From positions 345 through 64,344 of the forward strand of contig JACPMF010000004.1 of the NCBI GenBank assembly GCA_016186145.1: DNA of 64,000 bases, given 5' to 3'. Below are positions 45,868-55,915 of the stretch, one piece after another; within the stretch, counting starts at the first letter, position 1; each line of letters begins with the position of its first letter. The notes below the pieces were generated by a model, which was not told where the DNA came from, did no database searches, and saw only the letters and a program-made list of their open reading frames with translations. The position numbers and the translations under genes are program-made. Source of the DNA: Candidatus Sungiibacteriota bacterium. GTDB taxonomy: Bacteria > Patescibacteriota > Minisyncoccia > Sungbacterales > SURF-37.

Positions 45868-47442
45868 TTAGCGGCTTTCCGGCTTCTGGTGGCGATACTT
45901 CGGCGTTACCCAAAAACCGAGGCGCCATCCGAACATAAGCCGTGTTTGCGCCTCAAGGCCGGGAAGAGAGCCAAAGAGAACTATCGTGAAAGGCAATAAT
46001 ACCCACTGCAAAACCATCCAAAGCCGCGTCCGGATGGGTTTCGACACCGGCCTCTTGGGAAGAAGCGAAACGGAAATAATGGCTGAGGTAACAAGCCCGA
46101 ACATCGCAAGCGTCATAATGCTTCTCGTGATCCGCGGCAGGTTATGAGAAAGCACCGTTGTCCCGAAACGCGTTCCTCCCAAAATCACCGGCAGCCAGCC
46201 GAGAAAGAACAGAATAAACGCATTCGTCGCCCACGCCCAAAATCCTTCAAGCTGATTGAACGCGAAATAAATTTTTTTCTGAAGCGGAATTTTTTTGTTT
46301 TTCCAAAACCCGAAAAGCGTGTAGGGCACATTCTCAACCCCCCACCCCCACCGCCGCTGCTGAATGTATACGTTCTTCGCGGTTTCGCGAAGAGTCGGCC
46401 CGACATTCGCATCCATGGAAACCGGATAGAAAAGCGGAACCGTGCGCCAATCGCCGTCGTAAAAAAGAAAAGCCTGCCAAAAAATCCGGGAATCTTCGGA
46501 AACGATATTCGTCTGCCAATATCCGATCTCAACAAGCGCTTTCATCGGCATGGAGTGAGAAGAAAAAGTAGTAAGCCGTTCTGGCCGGGACTGCTGCATC
46601 GTCTGCCAAAATGTTCCGGAGACCGCAACGACCCGGGAGAAAGCCGGCGAATCCCAAATGTTATTATTATAAACCGGAATCGGTTGATACGAAGAACGAA
46701 GCGGTTTTGAGGACGTCAGGTATTCATGGGTCAGGACAGAAAAGTATCCGGGAGGAATCTGGGTATCGATATCCAAAGAAGAAACAAGGACATGCTCGAG
46801 CGGAACGCTTTCTTTGTCGAGAATTTCTTCCTTTGCCCGCCGGGCCGCCCATGTCTCATTCGAACCTTTTCCGGGCATTTCGCCCGGAAGATTTGCCGGA
46901 TGGACAACCGCAAGGATCCTCCCGAAAAAAGCAGAGTTCTCCTTTTCTATATTTTCTGCTACCACCCGCGCCTCATCCCCCGCCCGTTCTTCGGCCGCAA
47001 GAACAACCCAAAGATTCTCATGCGGATAGTCCGAATTCCGTATCGCCTCTACAGCCTCGCTCACAACCACATACGACTCTTTATAGAACGGCAAAATAAC
47101 GAGATGGCGTATATCGCGCCATGAGCGCACCCCGAGTTCTGAAGGATACTCGGTTATCCCGTCAAGCTTTTCCCGCCAATTTATTTTCATCCTGCGACGC
47201 ATCTCGCGATACCCGGCGCGCAGATGAATCGACAAAAATACGGTTTTAAAAAGCCAGTAAAGATCAAAAGCGATTATAAAAAAACTGGTAAACACCGGGA
47301 GAAGCCATGAAAAAACAAAAATCCCCGCGATGGTAAACCACGCGACCCCTCCGGGCAGAACCTCAAAAAAACGATACAACAACCGATCTCCCTGACTTTT
47401 TATATCCGCGGCCCCGACCGCCTTCAAATAAGAGTCGTCCAT
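45868..47442 (-). CDS. family 2 glycosyltransferase, processive (cellulose-synthase-like)
   Basis: D,D,D and QQRRW(GWG) motifs plus multiple TM segments. Confidence 0.8.
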   Translation of the reverse strand: MDDSYLKAVGAADIKSQGDRLLYRFFEVLPGGVAWFTIAGIFVFSWLLPVFTSFFIIAFDLYWLFKTVFLSIHLRAGYREMRRRMKINWREKLDGITEYPSELGVRSWRDIRHLVILPFYKESYVVVSEAVEAIRNSDYPHENLWVVLAAEERAGDEARVVAENIEKENSAFFGRILAVVHPANLPGEMPGKGSNETWAARRAKEEILDKESVPLEHVLVSSLDIDTQIPPGYFSVLTHEYLTSSKPLRSSYQPIPVYNNNIWDSPAFSRVVAVSGTFWQTMQQSRPERLTTFSSHSMPMKALVEIGYWQTNIVSEDSRIFWQAFLFYDGDWRTVPLFYPVSMDANVGPTLRETAKNVYIQQRRWGWGVENVPYTLFGFWKNKKIPLQKKIYFAFNQLEGFWAWATNAFILFFLGWLPVILGGTRFGTTVLSHNLPRITRSIMTLAMFGLVTSAIISVSLLPKRPVSKPIRTRLWMVLQWVLLPFTIVLFGSLPGLEAQTRLMFGWRLGFWVTPKYRHQKPESR

Positions 47443-47787
47443 AACTTCAAGATTAACGCATGGGGAAGGAAATGAAATACCTCACCGCGAGTCCTTGGGG
47501 TGTATAACAATAAACATATTTAGGCATCAATTTAGCAAATTCGTCAATATTGACTACAACTAAGATGCTTCTACAGTTGGTATTAAGATATTGATGCTGG
47601 AAAGAAAAGGGCAACCAAACACTTAACGCGGTTAAGTGCTCGGCCAGTCTATTCCTAGGCAACATACCATCGCCGGTTTTTTGTTTACCAGTGCGATGAT
47701 CTTGTTCCTTAATAAAATTTCCAGTAGGGAAAACGTATCGAGGCTCAAACTTCTGACTTTGAATTCTGAAAAAAAGGAGGGTGCGAA

Positions 47788-49845
47788 ATGGAAATCCGAG
47801 ACAACGAACGACTCGCCTTCCACATTGGCGAAGTCGTGCGTGGAAGCAGAAAGTTTGAAAATGCTGCCACAAGCGTATCGCGGATGATTTTGGGACGAGG
47901 AGTAAAGAAAAGCACAAGAGCCGGGCAGACTACATTTGAGTTCGGCTTCTTCCGTGGAGGCCGCAAGCACGTTGTCGGCTGGTTCGATGAGATCAACGAC
48001 CTCGTTAACTTCGTGAAGGATGCCGCCGAAGGCGGGTCCTCGCAGGAAATGGCATTCGTGCTCGTTGGCGAACCCGGCAACGGAAAAACCTTCTTTGTTG
48101 AAAGCCTCTGCTCCGCGTACCGACAGTTCATTGCGCAACCGGAAAACAGAAGGTACACGTTCGAATTCGTCGGCTTGGAAGAACTGGGGCGCTACGGAAA
48201 TATTGGGGTCATCCAATCCCAAACCTTTGAAGACCCGCTCGTCTTGGCCATGAACCTTGGCGTGTCAAAAGATCAGAACAAGGAACGCCTGGCAAAGACG
48301 GGATTCGAAGACCACGACATCGACCGGCTCTATGGAGACTATCGCCCGCTTGGGGCATGCACGGAATTCATCTGGAACGATATTCTCACCCACTGCGACG
48401 GCGATGTGGAACGGGCGCTCGGATTCGTACGGATTGTGCCCGTACCGATCGCCGAAAGCCTGGGAACCGTTACCGGCAAATACTCGGCTCGCGACAAAAT
48501 CACTTCTTCCGCAACCGACCTCCTCGGAGAAGAAGACCTGTCGCGTCTTTTGAACCTTAAGGATACGTCCAATCCCTATAAGTACAACATCCGGAGGGGC
48601 GCGATCGCGCGTGTCGCCGGTGGCGGCATTCACTTTTCAGACGAGCTTTTCAAGAACAAAAAAGACCTTGTTCAGATTTACCTTCAGGTTATTCAGAACC
48701 GAACGATCGAACTCGACGGGTACCGCTGGCCCATTGATACGCTCATCATCGCAACCAGCAACAACTGGGAATACAACCGCTTTACCGGCGAACGAGAAGA
48801 GGCTCCGATCAAAGACCGCTGCCGCATTTGCTACGTTTCCCACAACACCGACTACAGGCTTCAACAAGTGCTGAACCGGTACGCGATCGGAAGCGAAAAG
48901 AAAGTCACCGTAACCGGCGAGGGGCTCCATGAGGATCCTAACCTTGTGTACGCCCTTTCGGTCGCCGTAACACTGACTCGTCTTCCGCATAGCGACAAGC
49001 TCACCCCGATTGAAATGATGAAGCTTGAAGCCGGAGAAACTGCCGGAGAGAAAAATGTCAAGACGCTGGCTGAAATAAAGGGAATGCTGAATGCCAACCC
49101 TGACGTTACAAAGCGTTGGGGGCAAAAAGGAATCGGACACCGCGGCCTCGGAAGAGTCGTCCAGATCATGCTTGCTATGCCGGAGACGCACGAAGGCAAA
49201 TGCCTTTTTGCGAAAGACTGCTTTGAGGCCGCTGAAAGAGAAATTCTTGACTATATCCCCGATGCGGTCGACCGCGAAAAATTCATGAAGGACCTGAAGG
49301 TTGCCCGGAAACTCTACCGAGGCGAGATCAAGACCTCGATCTTCAACGCTTATCGCGACGACCCGGAAGCCATCCGCAAGGATGTCATCGCCTATGTCAA
49401 CATGATCATCGGTATGGACTCCGACCAGCTGGGTCCGGACAAGATTTGGCGGTATCGTGATCCGCAAACCGGCGAGATGAAGGCGATCAAGGTTGAAGAA
49501 CGCTTCATCGACAGCGTTGAAAGCCGTCTCGGCCTTTCAACGAGAGAACGGAAAGAAACGTTCCGCACGTCCATCCGGAAGATTTACGGCCAGAAGGTTT
49601 CTACGGAACCGAACTACGACTTTATGGATAACGAGGCGCTCGTGAAAGCCGTAACCGACGTCCGCCTCGAATCCGACGTCGCCGGAGCCGCGAGTCTCGT
49701 CGGAGCGCTCGCAAACCGCGCGAATGAAGAAAACGTGCGCATCTACAACAGGATGATTGAAACCATGCTCAACAAGCTGAACTACTGCAGGACATGCGCG
49801 CAAAAAACCATTGAGTACTTCTGCGAAAAAACGGATGAGGACTAA
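47788..49845 (+). CDS. prkA: PrkA-family serine protein kinase (YeaG-like), paralog 1
   Basis: Walker A LVGEPGNGKT, 685 aa; collinear with YeaG (GGIHFSDE...IIATSN); strong Shine-Dalgarno AAGGAGG. Confidence 0.85.
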   Translation: MEIRDNERLAFHIGEVVRGSRKFENAATSVSRMILGRGVKKSTRAGQTTFEFGFFRGGRKHVVGWFDEINDLVNFVKDAAEGGSSQEMAFVLVGEPGNGKTFFVESLCSAYRQFIAQPENRRYTFEFVGLEELGRYGNIGVIQSQTFEDPLVLAMNLGVSKDQNKERLAKTGFEDHDIDRLYGDYRPLGACTEFIWNDILTHCDGDVERALGFVRIVPVPIAESLGTVTGKYSARDKITSSATDLLGEEDLSRLLNLKDTSNPYKYNIRRGAIARVAGGGIHFSDELFKNKKDLVQIYLQVIQNRTIELDGYRWPIDTLIIATSNNWEYNRFTGEREEAPIKDRCRICYVSHNTDYRLQQVLNRYAIGSEKKVTVTGEGLHEDPNLVYALSVAVTLTRLPHSDKLTPIEMMKLEAGETAGEKNVKTLAEIKGMLNANPDVTKRWGQKGIGHRGLGRVVQIMLAMPETHEGKCLFAKDCFEAAEREILDYIPDAVDREKFMKDLKVARKLYRGEIKTSIFNAYRDDPEAIRKDVIAYVNMIIGMDSDQLGPDKIWRYRDPQTGEMKAIKVEERFIDSVESRLGLSTRERKETFRTSIRKIYGQKVSTEPNYDFMDNEALVKAVTDVRLESDVAGAASLVGALANRANEENVRIYNRMIETMLNKLNYCRTCAQKTIEYFCEKTDED

Positions 49846-49930
49846 AAACTGAAACATGGTGTCCCTCTCTCTAGAGAGGGACTTATTTCCAAGGAAGTAT
49901 TTAAAAGCTATCTTAAAAATCATTTTTTCC

Positions 49931-50027
49931 GCGTTTTTCCGCGTAGCATTCCGCACTTATCCGCGGAGTCTCCGCGGAAGTGTGCAGATTGCAACGCAGA
50001 TTTATGCGGAAATTGAATTTTGAGATG
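49931..50027. repeat. about 95-bp inverted repeat, left arm, flanking the yeaH-like gene
   Basis: About 88% identical to the reverse complement of 51638-51728; contains the palindrome ccgcggagtctccgcgg. Confidence 0.7.
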
Positions 50028-50099
50028 AATTCTAGAATGAAATGCTTCTTAGGAAATGAGTAAAATCAATCTTTAAAATCTCTTTTTTCCGCATCTATA

Positions 50100-50212
50100 A
50101 TGCGAAACACGCTGATGATTTATGCGAATAAGACTAACTGTTCGCATAATTCGCATCATGTATTCGCATCGTTCGCATTGTAATGACACGGAAATTGAAA
50201 TTTGGGATGCTT
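50100..50212 (+). promoter_or_regulatory. array of TTCGCAT heptamers (2 inverted plus 4 direct) and a third partial copy of the repeat end, upstream of the yeaH-like gene
   Basis: aatgcgaaac, tatgcgaataag, then gttcgcataattcgcatcatgtattcgcatcgttcgcattg, then acggaaattgaaatttgggatg. Confidence 0.5.
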
Positions 50213-50268
50213 ACTCAGAGCACTTTTAAAATTTAAATTCCACACGACGAAAAGGGGGGAAGACCGCA

Positions 50269-51630
50269 ATGCGGAAAGACAGCAAGAAAGAAACGGCTGG
50301 AAATGAACACGCCACCAATCTTGATGTTCTCGGCATGGAACTCGCGCTTAAAGCGAGAATTGAAAGACGTATTGCGAACTGGAACGGACAAGGAGTTACC
50401 GGCGCTATCACCTCTTTGGAGTCCCTCCAGGACCTCTTGAAGAGGGACAAAGAAAGACAGCAGGACGGTTTTCCTTCCAAAATAAAATTCAGAAGGGTTC
50501 TCGCGGCAAATAATCGAGTAGTCAACGTTCCGTATGTCGACGAAGAAAAGCTGTTCCATGGACCATTTGAACCGAAGGGCGCAAAGCTTGTCGCCCAAAC
50601 CGCTGATTTTCTCGAGCTTCCGGACATTGACGAAGCCACCGGACACGGAGACGGCGATGTCGGCGACGTAATCGGTGAAGTGCCGATGCCCGGCAGGGGC
50701 GGTGGCGGCGATGACGGCGACGAAGGCGATGGAAACGGATCACAGCCCGGCGCCGGAGATGAAGACGCGGATCACGCGCTTGAAGAAGAAGCGTATGAGT
50801 TGGGAAGACGGCTGATGGAACAACTCAAGCTCCCCAACCTCAAAGACAAGGCAAGAAAAGTTCCTACCGATGAATACACCTACGATCTTACCGACCGCCA
50901 TCGCGGTTCGGGACAGGTTCTCGACAAAAAAGAAACATTGCGGCGCGTTGTCAAAACAAACCTGATTCTCGGCAGAATAGAAAAAGACGCCGTCGATACG
51001 AGAAAAATGATCGTCAGCCCGGGAGATCTGGTATTTCGAGTTCTTTCCCGAGAACGGGTCTGGAAAGCGCAAGCCTTGGCATGTTTTCTCCGAGACTACT
51101 CCGGTTCAATGTGGGGGGATCCTACAAAAGCCCTCGTATCCCAGCACCTTATGATTTACGCGTGGCTTCTGGTTCAATATGAAAAACGCGTTATCCCGCG
51201 ATTCTTCGTTCACGACCATAACGCGCGCGAAGTGAGCGCAAAAGAATACTTCGGACTCGGGTCTTACGGCGGAACACTTATCGCTTCCGGCTACAAAAAA
51301 ATCAACGAAGTAGTTGAGGGTGAAGGCCTTGAGAACGACTACAACATTTATGTCTTCCAAGGCACGGACGGCGATGACGGCGACGAAGGCGAATTCGCCC
51401 TTCCGGAGCTCAACAAAATCCTGAATTATGTAAGTCGCATGGGAGTCACCCTGTTTAAACATCCTTACTACACAAGCCAGGGCCAGAAAACAATCTTTGA
51501 GCAATACATTGAAAAAGGCGGCATCCTGGAAAGAAAGGATGTCTTCCGCATGCATACCATGCCGCGATATACCAACGTGACCGAAGAGATGAATGTTGAA
51601 GCGCTTCGCACGCTCATTGCCCAAGACTAA
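50269..51630 (+). CDS. DUF444 family protein (YeaH/YhbH-like, vWA-type), PrkA partner
   Basis: Position between prkA and spoVR; Gly/Asp-rich low-complexity segment typical of YeaH. Confidence 0.75.
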   Translation: MRKDSKKETAGNEHATNLDVLGMELALKARIERRIANWNGQGVTGAITSLESLQDLLKRDKERQQDGFPSKIKFRRVLAANNRVVNVPYVDEEKLFHGPFEPKGAKLVAQTADFLELPDIDEATGHGDGDVGDVIGEVPMPGRGGGGDDGDEGDGNGSQPGAGDEDADHALEEEAYELGRRLMEQLKLPNLKDKARKVPTDEYTYDLTDRHRGSGQVLDKKETLRRVVKTNLILGRIEKDAVDTRKMIVSPGDLVFRVLSRERVWKAQALACFLRDYSGSMWGDPTKALVSQHLMIYAWLLVQYEKRVIPRFFVHDHNAREVSAKEYFGLGSYGGTLIASGYKKINEVVEGEGLENDYNIYVFQGTDGDDGDEGEFALPELNKILNYVSRMGVTLFKHPYYTSQGQKTIFEQYIEKGGILERKDVFRMHTMPRYTNVTEEMNVEALRTLIAQD

Positions 51631-51637
51631 ACCTAAT

Positions 51638-51728
51638 CTCAAATTCAATTTCCGTGTAAATCCGCGTTGCAATCTGCGTGTTTCCGCGGAGACTCCGCGG
51701 ATCAATGCGGAATGCTACGCGGAAAAAC
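51638..51728. repeat. about 95-bp inverted repeat, right arm, flanking the yeaH-like gene
   Basis: See 49931-50027. Confidence 0.7.
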
Positions 51729-51829
51729 GCTGATATAGAACTTTTGAGATGGCTTCAAGAAGCCAAGGTTGAGCCGGGCCCCGACTCCGTCGGGGCTTTT
51801 CTATAACGGTTACAGAAAGAAAGGAGGAG

Positions 51830-53551
51830 GTGATGGAGCTTTTGAGCCAAAGCATGAAAGGTGAAATGGAAGCGTGCAAGAGGCGGGCAAGAGAAGCCGG
51901 TCTCGTGTTTCAAGACAACACCCTCGAATATGTCGTAACCAACCAAGACATGCTGGAGTTAAGCCCTCGAGTGATGATCCCGACCCTCTACGACTATTGG
52001 GCGTTTGACGTCGAAGTCCACCAAAACCGATGGATGTATGACATCCATCCGCACAATCCCTATGAGACCGTAATCAACACGAGACCTCCGATTTCCTTCT
52101 ACAACCAGGATAATGCGGACTGGTTTAACGTGATGATTTTCTATCATGTCCTGGGACACATCGACTTCTTCCAGAACAATACGTTCTTCCGCAGGACATG
52201 GGACGACGATTTCTGCGGGCAAGCCCTCGCGGATAAACGGCTCATCAACCGGATCCGCGCGGAACACGGAGACCAAAAACGATGGGTCGACTATCTGATT
52301 GAATTTGCGCGCGCTATCGACAATTTGGTGGGATACCACCAGGAGCTCAAAGAAGGCGACGAAGCGGAACAACCGGAAATTTTCGGCGCATTTTCTGAAA
52401 AAGCGGATTTTTACTTCGGGCAATTCCTGAAAGAGCTCTACGAAGCAAAAAGAGTCAAGCTCGAATTCTACTACGAAGAAATCGAACGCTACAACCGCTG
52501 CGTGAGGACATTCGGGAAAAAGCAGGGCGAACTCGCCTTCTTCGAAGACAACACGTTCAGAAGCAAGCTCCCCGAATTCAACGATGTATTCAAGAAACGG
52601 AAAGAAAAGGGCGAGAAACCGAAGCCCAAAGACATTTTTGAGCACCTCGCGGAGCGTTCGGACTCCCTGAACCAGGAAGAGAACCGGTGGATGAAAGAAG
52701 TGCTGCAGGTAATCAGAAGAACGTCTCTCTACTTCCAGCCGCAGATGAGAACTAAGATCGCGAACGAAGGTTGGGCAAGCTTATGGCACCAAACCCTCTT
52801 CATGGCAGATGAACGAATGAGCACCCATGAAGTAGATTTCGCAAGAGTAGATTCGGCGGTCACTTTTGATCCGCGGCTCGGAATCAATCCGTACGCCGCA
52901 GGCAAGCACCTTTTTGAATTCATCGAGGCGCTTGCCCGAAAGGGACGCCTTTCACCGGAATACCGTCTGCTCAAAAACATAGATACGCGAAAGAAGTACG
53001 ACCGGGATTGCGGACAAGCTGCCGGGCGAAAAGCGCTCTTTGAGGCACGGAGGCATTTTGACGACTATCTCCTGGTCAACTTCCTTTCTGATGAAGACTT
53101 CCAGGATTTTGTGGATGAACACAAGCTATTCATTGCAGGAGTCCGGCCAAGCCGCGAAAGATGGGACAGGGCTGAAATCTACATCAAATCGCGGAGCGGA
53201 AAAGAATACCGACGCCTTCTCAACCGAATGCTCTACCATCCGCCATATGTTGATTTCTCCGGAGCGAAAGCAAAAGACGGAGAACTGTATCTTGATCATG
53301 TGTACGAAGGCAGGTCGCTCTTCAGAAAGTACATCGGCCCGGTCCTAATCGGACTCGAATTCCTTTGGGGACGTCAGGTAAAACTCGAAACGACGGAATA
53401 TGAAGAAACCCAACCGAAAAACTGGTGGGAGTGGAGAAGTTCCCAGTACCAGCCGGAATACAAAAAAATCAGGGTCCTTTACGCCTGTGACAAGCGAAAA
53501 ATAACGAGAACGATTCTCGACCAAACTACCACGGATTCCTATGGAGGCTAG
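51830..53551 (+). CDS. spoVR: SpoVR/YcgB family protein
   Basis: N-terminal region with HVLGHIDFF-type motif; 573 aa. Confidence 0.85.
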   Translation: MMELLSQSMKGEMEACKRRAREAGLVFQDNTLEYVVTNQDMLELSPRVMIPTLYDYWAFDVEVHQNRWMYDIHPHNPYETVINTRPPISFYNQDNADWFNVMIFYHVLGHIDFFQNNTFFRRTWDDDFCGQALADKRLINRIRAEHGDQKRWVDYLIEFARAIDNLVGYHQELKEGDEAEQPEIFGAFSEKADFYFGQFLKELYEAKRVKLEFYYEEIERYNRCVRTFGKKQGELAFFEDNTFRSKLPEFNDVFKKRKEKGEKPKPKDIFEHLAERSDSLNQEENRWMKEVLQVIRRTSLYFQPQMRTKIANEGWASLWHQTLFMADERMSTHEVDFARVDSAVTFDPRLGINPYAAGKHLFEFIEALARKGRLSPEYRLLKNIDTRKKYDRDCGQAAGRKALFEARRHFDDYLLVNFLSDEDFQDFVDEHKLFIAGVRPSRERWDRAEIYIKSRSGKEYRRLLNRMLYHPPYVDFSGAKAKDGELYLDHVYEGRSLFRKYIGPVLIGLEFLWGRQVKLETTEYEETQPKNWWEWRSSQYQPEYKKIRVLYACDKRKITRTILDQTTTDSYGG

Positions 53552-53667
53552 TTTCTAAGACGCCGGCAATTCGTACGCGCGAAACCCGCAAGCGCGGGGC
53601 AGCGCATGCGAATTGCTGGCTTTTCTAAAAGACCGGCGGCCGTTAGTAAAACGAAAGGAGGAAAACC

Positions 53668-55869
53668 ATGCCCGCGGTGAAAGACGCCCTGACATATCTC
53701 GGATCTGAAATCGGAAAAACGGAAAAAGTGGTAACCTTAAGCTTCGAAGAATATCTTGACCTTGCCGCACGAGAACCGGGACGAGTATTGCGAAATATCT
53801 TCCAACTCTTTTACGACATGGTCAACGAATGCGTGGACAAAGGGACCGATGAGTACCCTGATGATCCGGAATCAATCGGTTTTGTAAAATACGATTGCAC
53901 CCGGCTTTTTGCCGAAAGAGCGGACAATCCATTCTTCGCCGACCGGCTTTTCGCGAACCGGTTCATACGCCAGATTGAAAGTCTTCGGCAGGGTTTCCAG
54001 CAAAACCGCATCTATGCCTACGAAGGCCCTTCCGGCTGCGGCAAAAGCACATTTCTGAACAATCTTTTGAGAACCTTTGTCGCTTACACCAACACAAGAG
54101 CGGGACAAATCTTCGAGCTTGTCTGGGAGATAGACGGAACTCTTTTTTCTCAAGATGCCGGAGCCTCCAAGAAACTGGTTGTTCCGTGCCCGAGCCATGA
54201 CTACCCGATTTTGGTCGTCCCGAAAGAACACCGGCCTGAATTCTTGAGAAAACTCCTCCCGGACGGGGAAGCCAAGCAAAAGATTCTCGGAAGCAAGGAA
54301 TACGAATGGCTTTTCACCGGAGAAGTGTGCACCGTTTGTAAGTCAATTTTTGAGCTCGCGCTCGAAAAACTCGGTTCTGTCGAAAAAGTATTCACAATGC
54401 TCCGGGCGAGAACCTATAAATTTGATCGGCGCCTCGGGGAAGGCATTAGCGTCTTCAATCCGGGCGACCAATCGGTATGGGTCGGAAACGACGGCAAACC
54501 GACCGGCGGCGTTTTCACCAACAAACCTCTACAACAAGATCTCGATCGGCTATTCGGCGCAGGAAGGGTCAAGTATGTCTTCTCTTCTCTCGCGCAGACC
54601 AACAACGGCATCCATGTGCTGATGGATGTAAAGGGATACAACAAGGCGCGGCTTCTCGAGCTTCACAATGTCATCAGCGAAGGCGTACATAAAGTGGGCG
54701 GTGTAGAAGAAGGCGTTACGGCCCTTTTCTTTGCCCTCATGAACCCGGAAGACAAACGAGTCATCACCGACGAGAAAATGGAGTCCTTTGAAGGAAGAAT
54801 CCAATACAACAAAATCCCCTATGTACTGGCACCCGACACCGAAGTGGATATCTATCGCAGCATTTTCGGATCCTCGATCGTGGCAAGCTTTCTCCCGCGA
54901 GTCCTTGAAAACTTCGCGCGCGTAATTATTTCTTCCCGCATGAACATGGAGTGCAAGCCGCTGAAAGAGTGGATCCCGGATGTCGCAAAATACAAAAAGT
55001 ACTGCGATGAAAGCGGCTTATTGCTTCGCATGGCAATCTATATGGGAGTTATCCCGAACTGGCTTTCCGAAGAAGACAGAAAAAAATTCGCCGCTCCGGT
55101 ACGCCGGGCATTGATCGCAGAGGGCGAAAACGAAGGTGGCAAAGGATTTTCCGGCAGAGACTCTTTGCGTCTCTTTGGCGAATTTTTCAGCCGCTACAGC
55201 GGGCGGCCAAGCTTGATTACCATGGAGAATGTTGAAGACTTCTTCAAGCACCGCATCGGAAGAGAACGTCGCGATGAATTCATACCGAAAAACTTCCTTG
55301 CGGCACTCATCGGAGCATATGATTATGCGATCTTGAACGAAATGAAAGAAGCCATGTACTTCTACAACAAAGAACGGATCTCGAGAGATATCCTGAACTA
55401 TCTCCATGCGGTCAATTACGAAGTCGAGACAAAGATACAATGCCCCTTTACCGGCGAAGAAATGGAAGTAACAATGGTCTTCCTCAAGCTTATGGCAAGC
55501 CGTATTGCCGGAAGAGAAATGAGCGATTCCGACGCCTTGAAATTCGCGCAGGATATCCAGAAGAAGTTTACGGTCGCTGCCGCCAAAGGAGGCGGCATAA
55601 CGGAAACAGAACTTTATAATGATCTTTTTGCCGCTTACGTGAGAAATCTTAAGGAAAAAGTGCTGCAACCGTTTGCCAAGAATGCAAATTTCCGCGAAGC
55701 CATCAGGGCGTTCGGAACAAGAGAGTTCGAAACGTTCGATACCCGGCTGAAAGAACACGTAATCGCTATGATCAAAAACATGATGGAGAAGTTCGGGTAC
55801 ACCGAACAGGGAGCAAAAGAAATCTGTCTTTACGTGATAGACAAAAACCTAGCAGAAAAGTATTCATAA
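53668..55869 (+). CDS. PrkA-family serine protein kinase, paralog 2
   Basis: Walker A YEGPSGCGKSTFLNNLL (compare YeaG LLGPVGGGKSSL); 733 aa; collinear PrkA core. Confidence 0.75.
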   Translation: MPAVKDALTYLGSEIGKTEKVVTLSFEEYLDLAAREPGRVLRNIFQLFYDMVNECVDKGTDEYPDDPESIGFVKYDCTRLFAERADNPFFADRLFANRFIRQIESLRQGFQQNRIYAYEGPSGCGKSTFLNNLLRTFVAYTNTRAGQIFELVWEIDGTLFSQDAGASKKLVVPCPSHDYPILVVPKEHRPEFLRKLLPDGEAKQKILGSKEYEWLFTGEVCTVCKSIFELALEKLGSVEKVFTMLRARTYKFDRRLGEGISVFNPGDQSVWVGNDGKPTGGVFTNKPLQQDLDRLFGAGRVKYVFSSLAQTNNGIHVLMDVKGYNKARLLELHNVISEGVHKVGGVEEGVTALFFALMNPEDKRVITDEKMESFEGRIQYNKIPYVLAPDTEVDIYRSIFGSSIVASFLPRVLENFARVIISSRMNMECKPLKEWIPDVAKYKKYCDESGLLLRMAIYMGVIPNWLSEEDRKKFAAPVRRALIAEGENEGGKGFSGRDSLRLFGEFFSRYSGRPSLITMENVEDFFKHRIGRERRDEFIPKNFLAALIGAYDYAILNEMKEAMYFYNKERISRDILNYLHAVNYEVETKIQCPFTGEEMEVTMVFLKLMASRIAGREMSDSDALKFAQDIQKKFTVAAAKGGGITETELYNDLFAAYVRNLKEKVLQPFAKNANFREAIRAFGTREFETFDTRLKEHVIAMIKNMMEKFGYTEQGAKEICLYVIDKNLAEKYS

Positions 55870-55885
55870 CCGTGAATGACTAAAA

Positions 55886-55915
55886 CACAAAACACCGGCA
55901 CGCCGGTGTTTTTTA
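55886..55915. terminator. bidirectional rho-independent terminator
   Basis: aaaacaccggcacgccggtgttttttatt; T-runs on both strands. Confidence 0.6.

Noticed and set aside
46144-47124. Several 100-190-aa ORFs overlapping the GT2 glycosyltransferase gene
   Set aside because: Basic, low-complexity alternative frames of the real minus-strand CDS.
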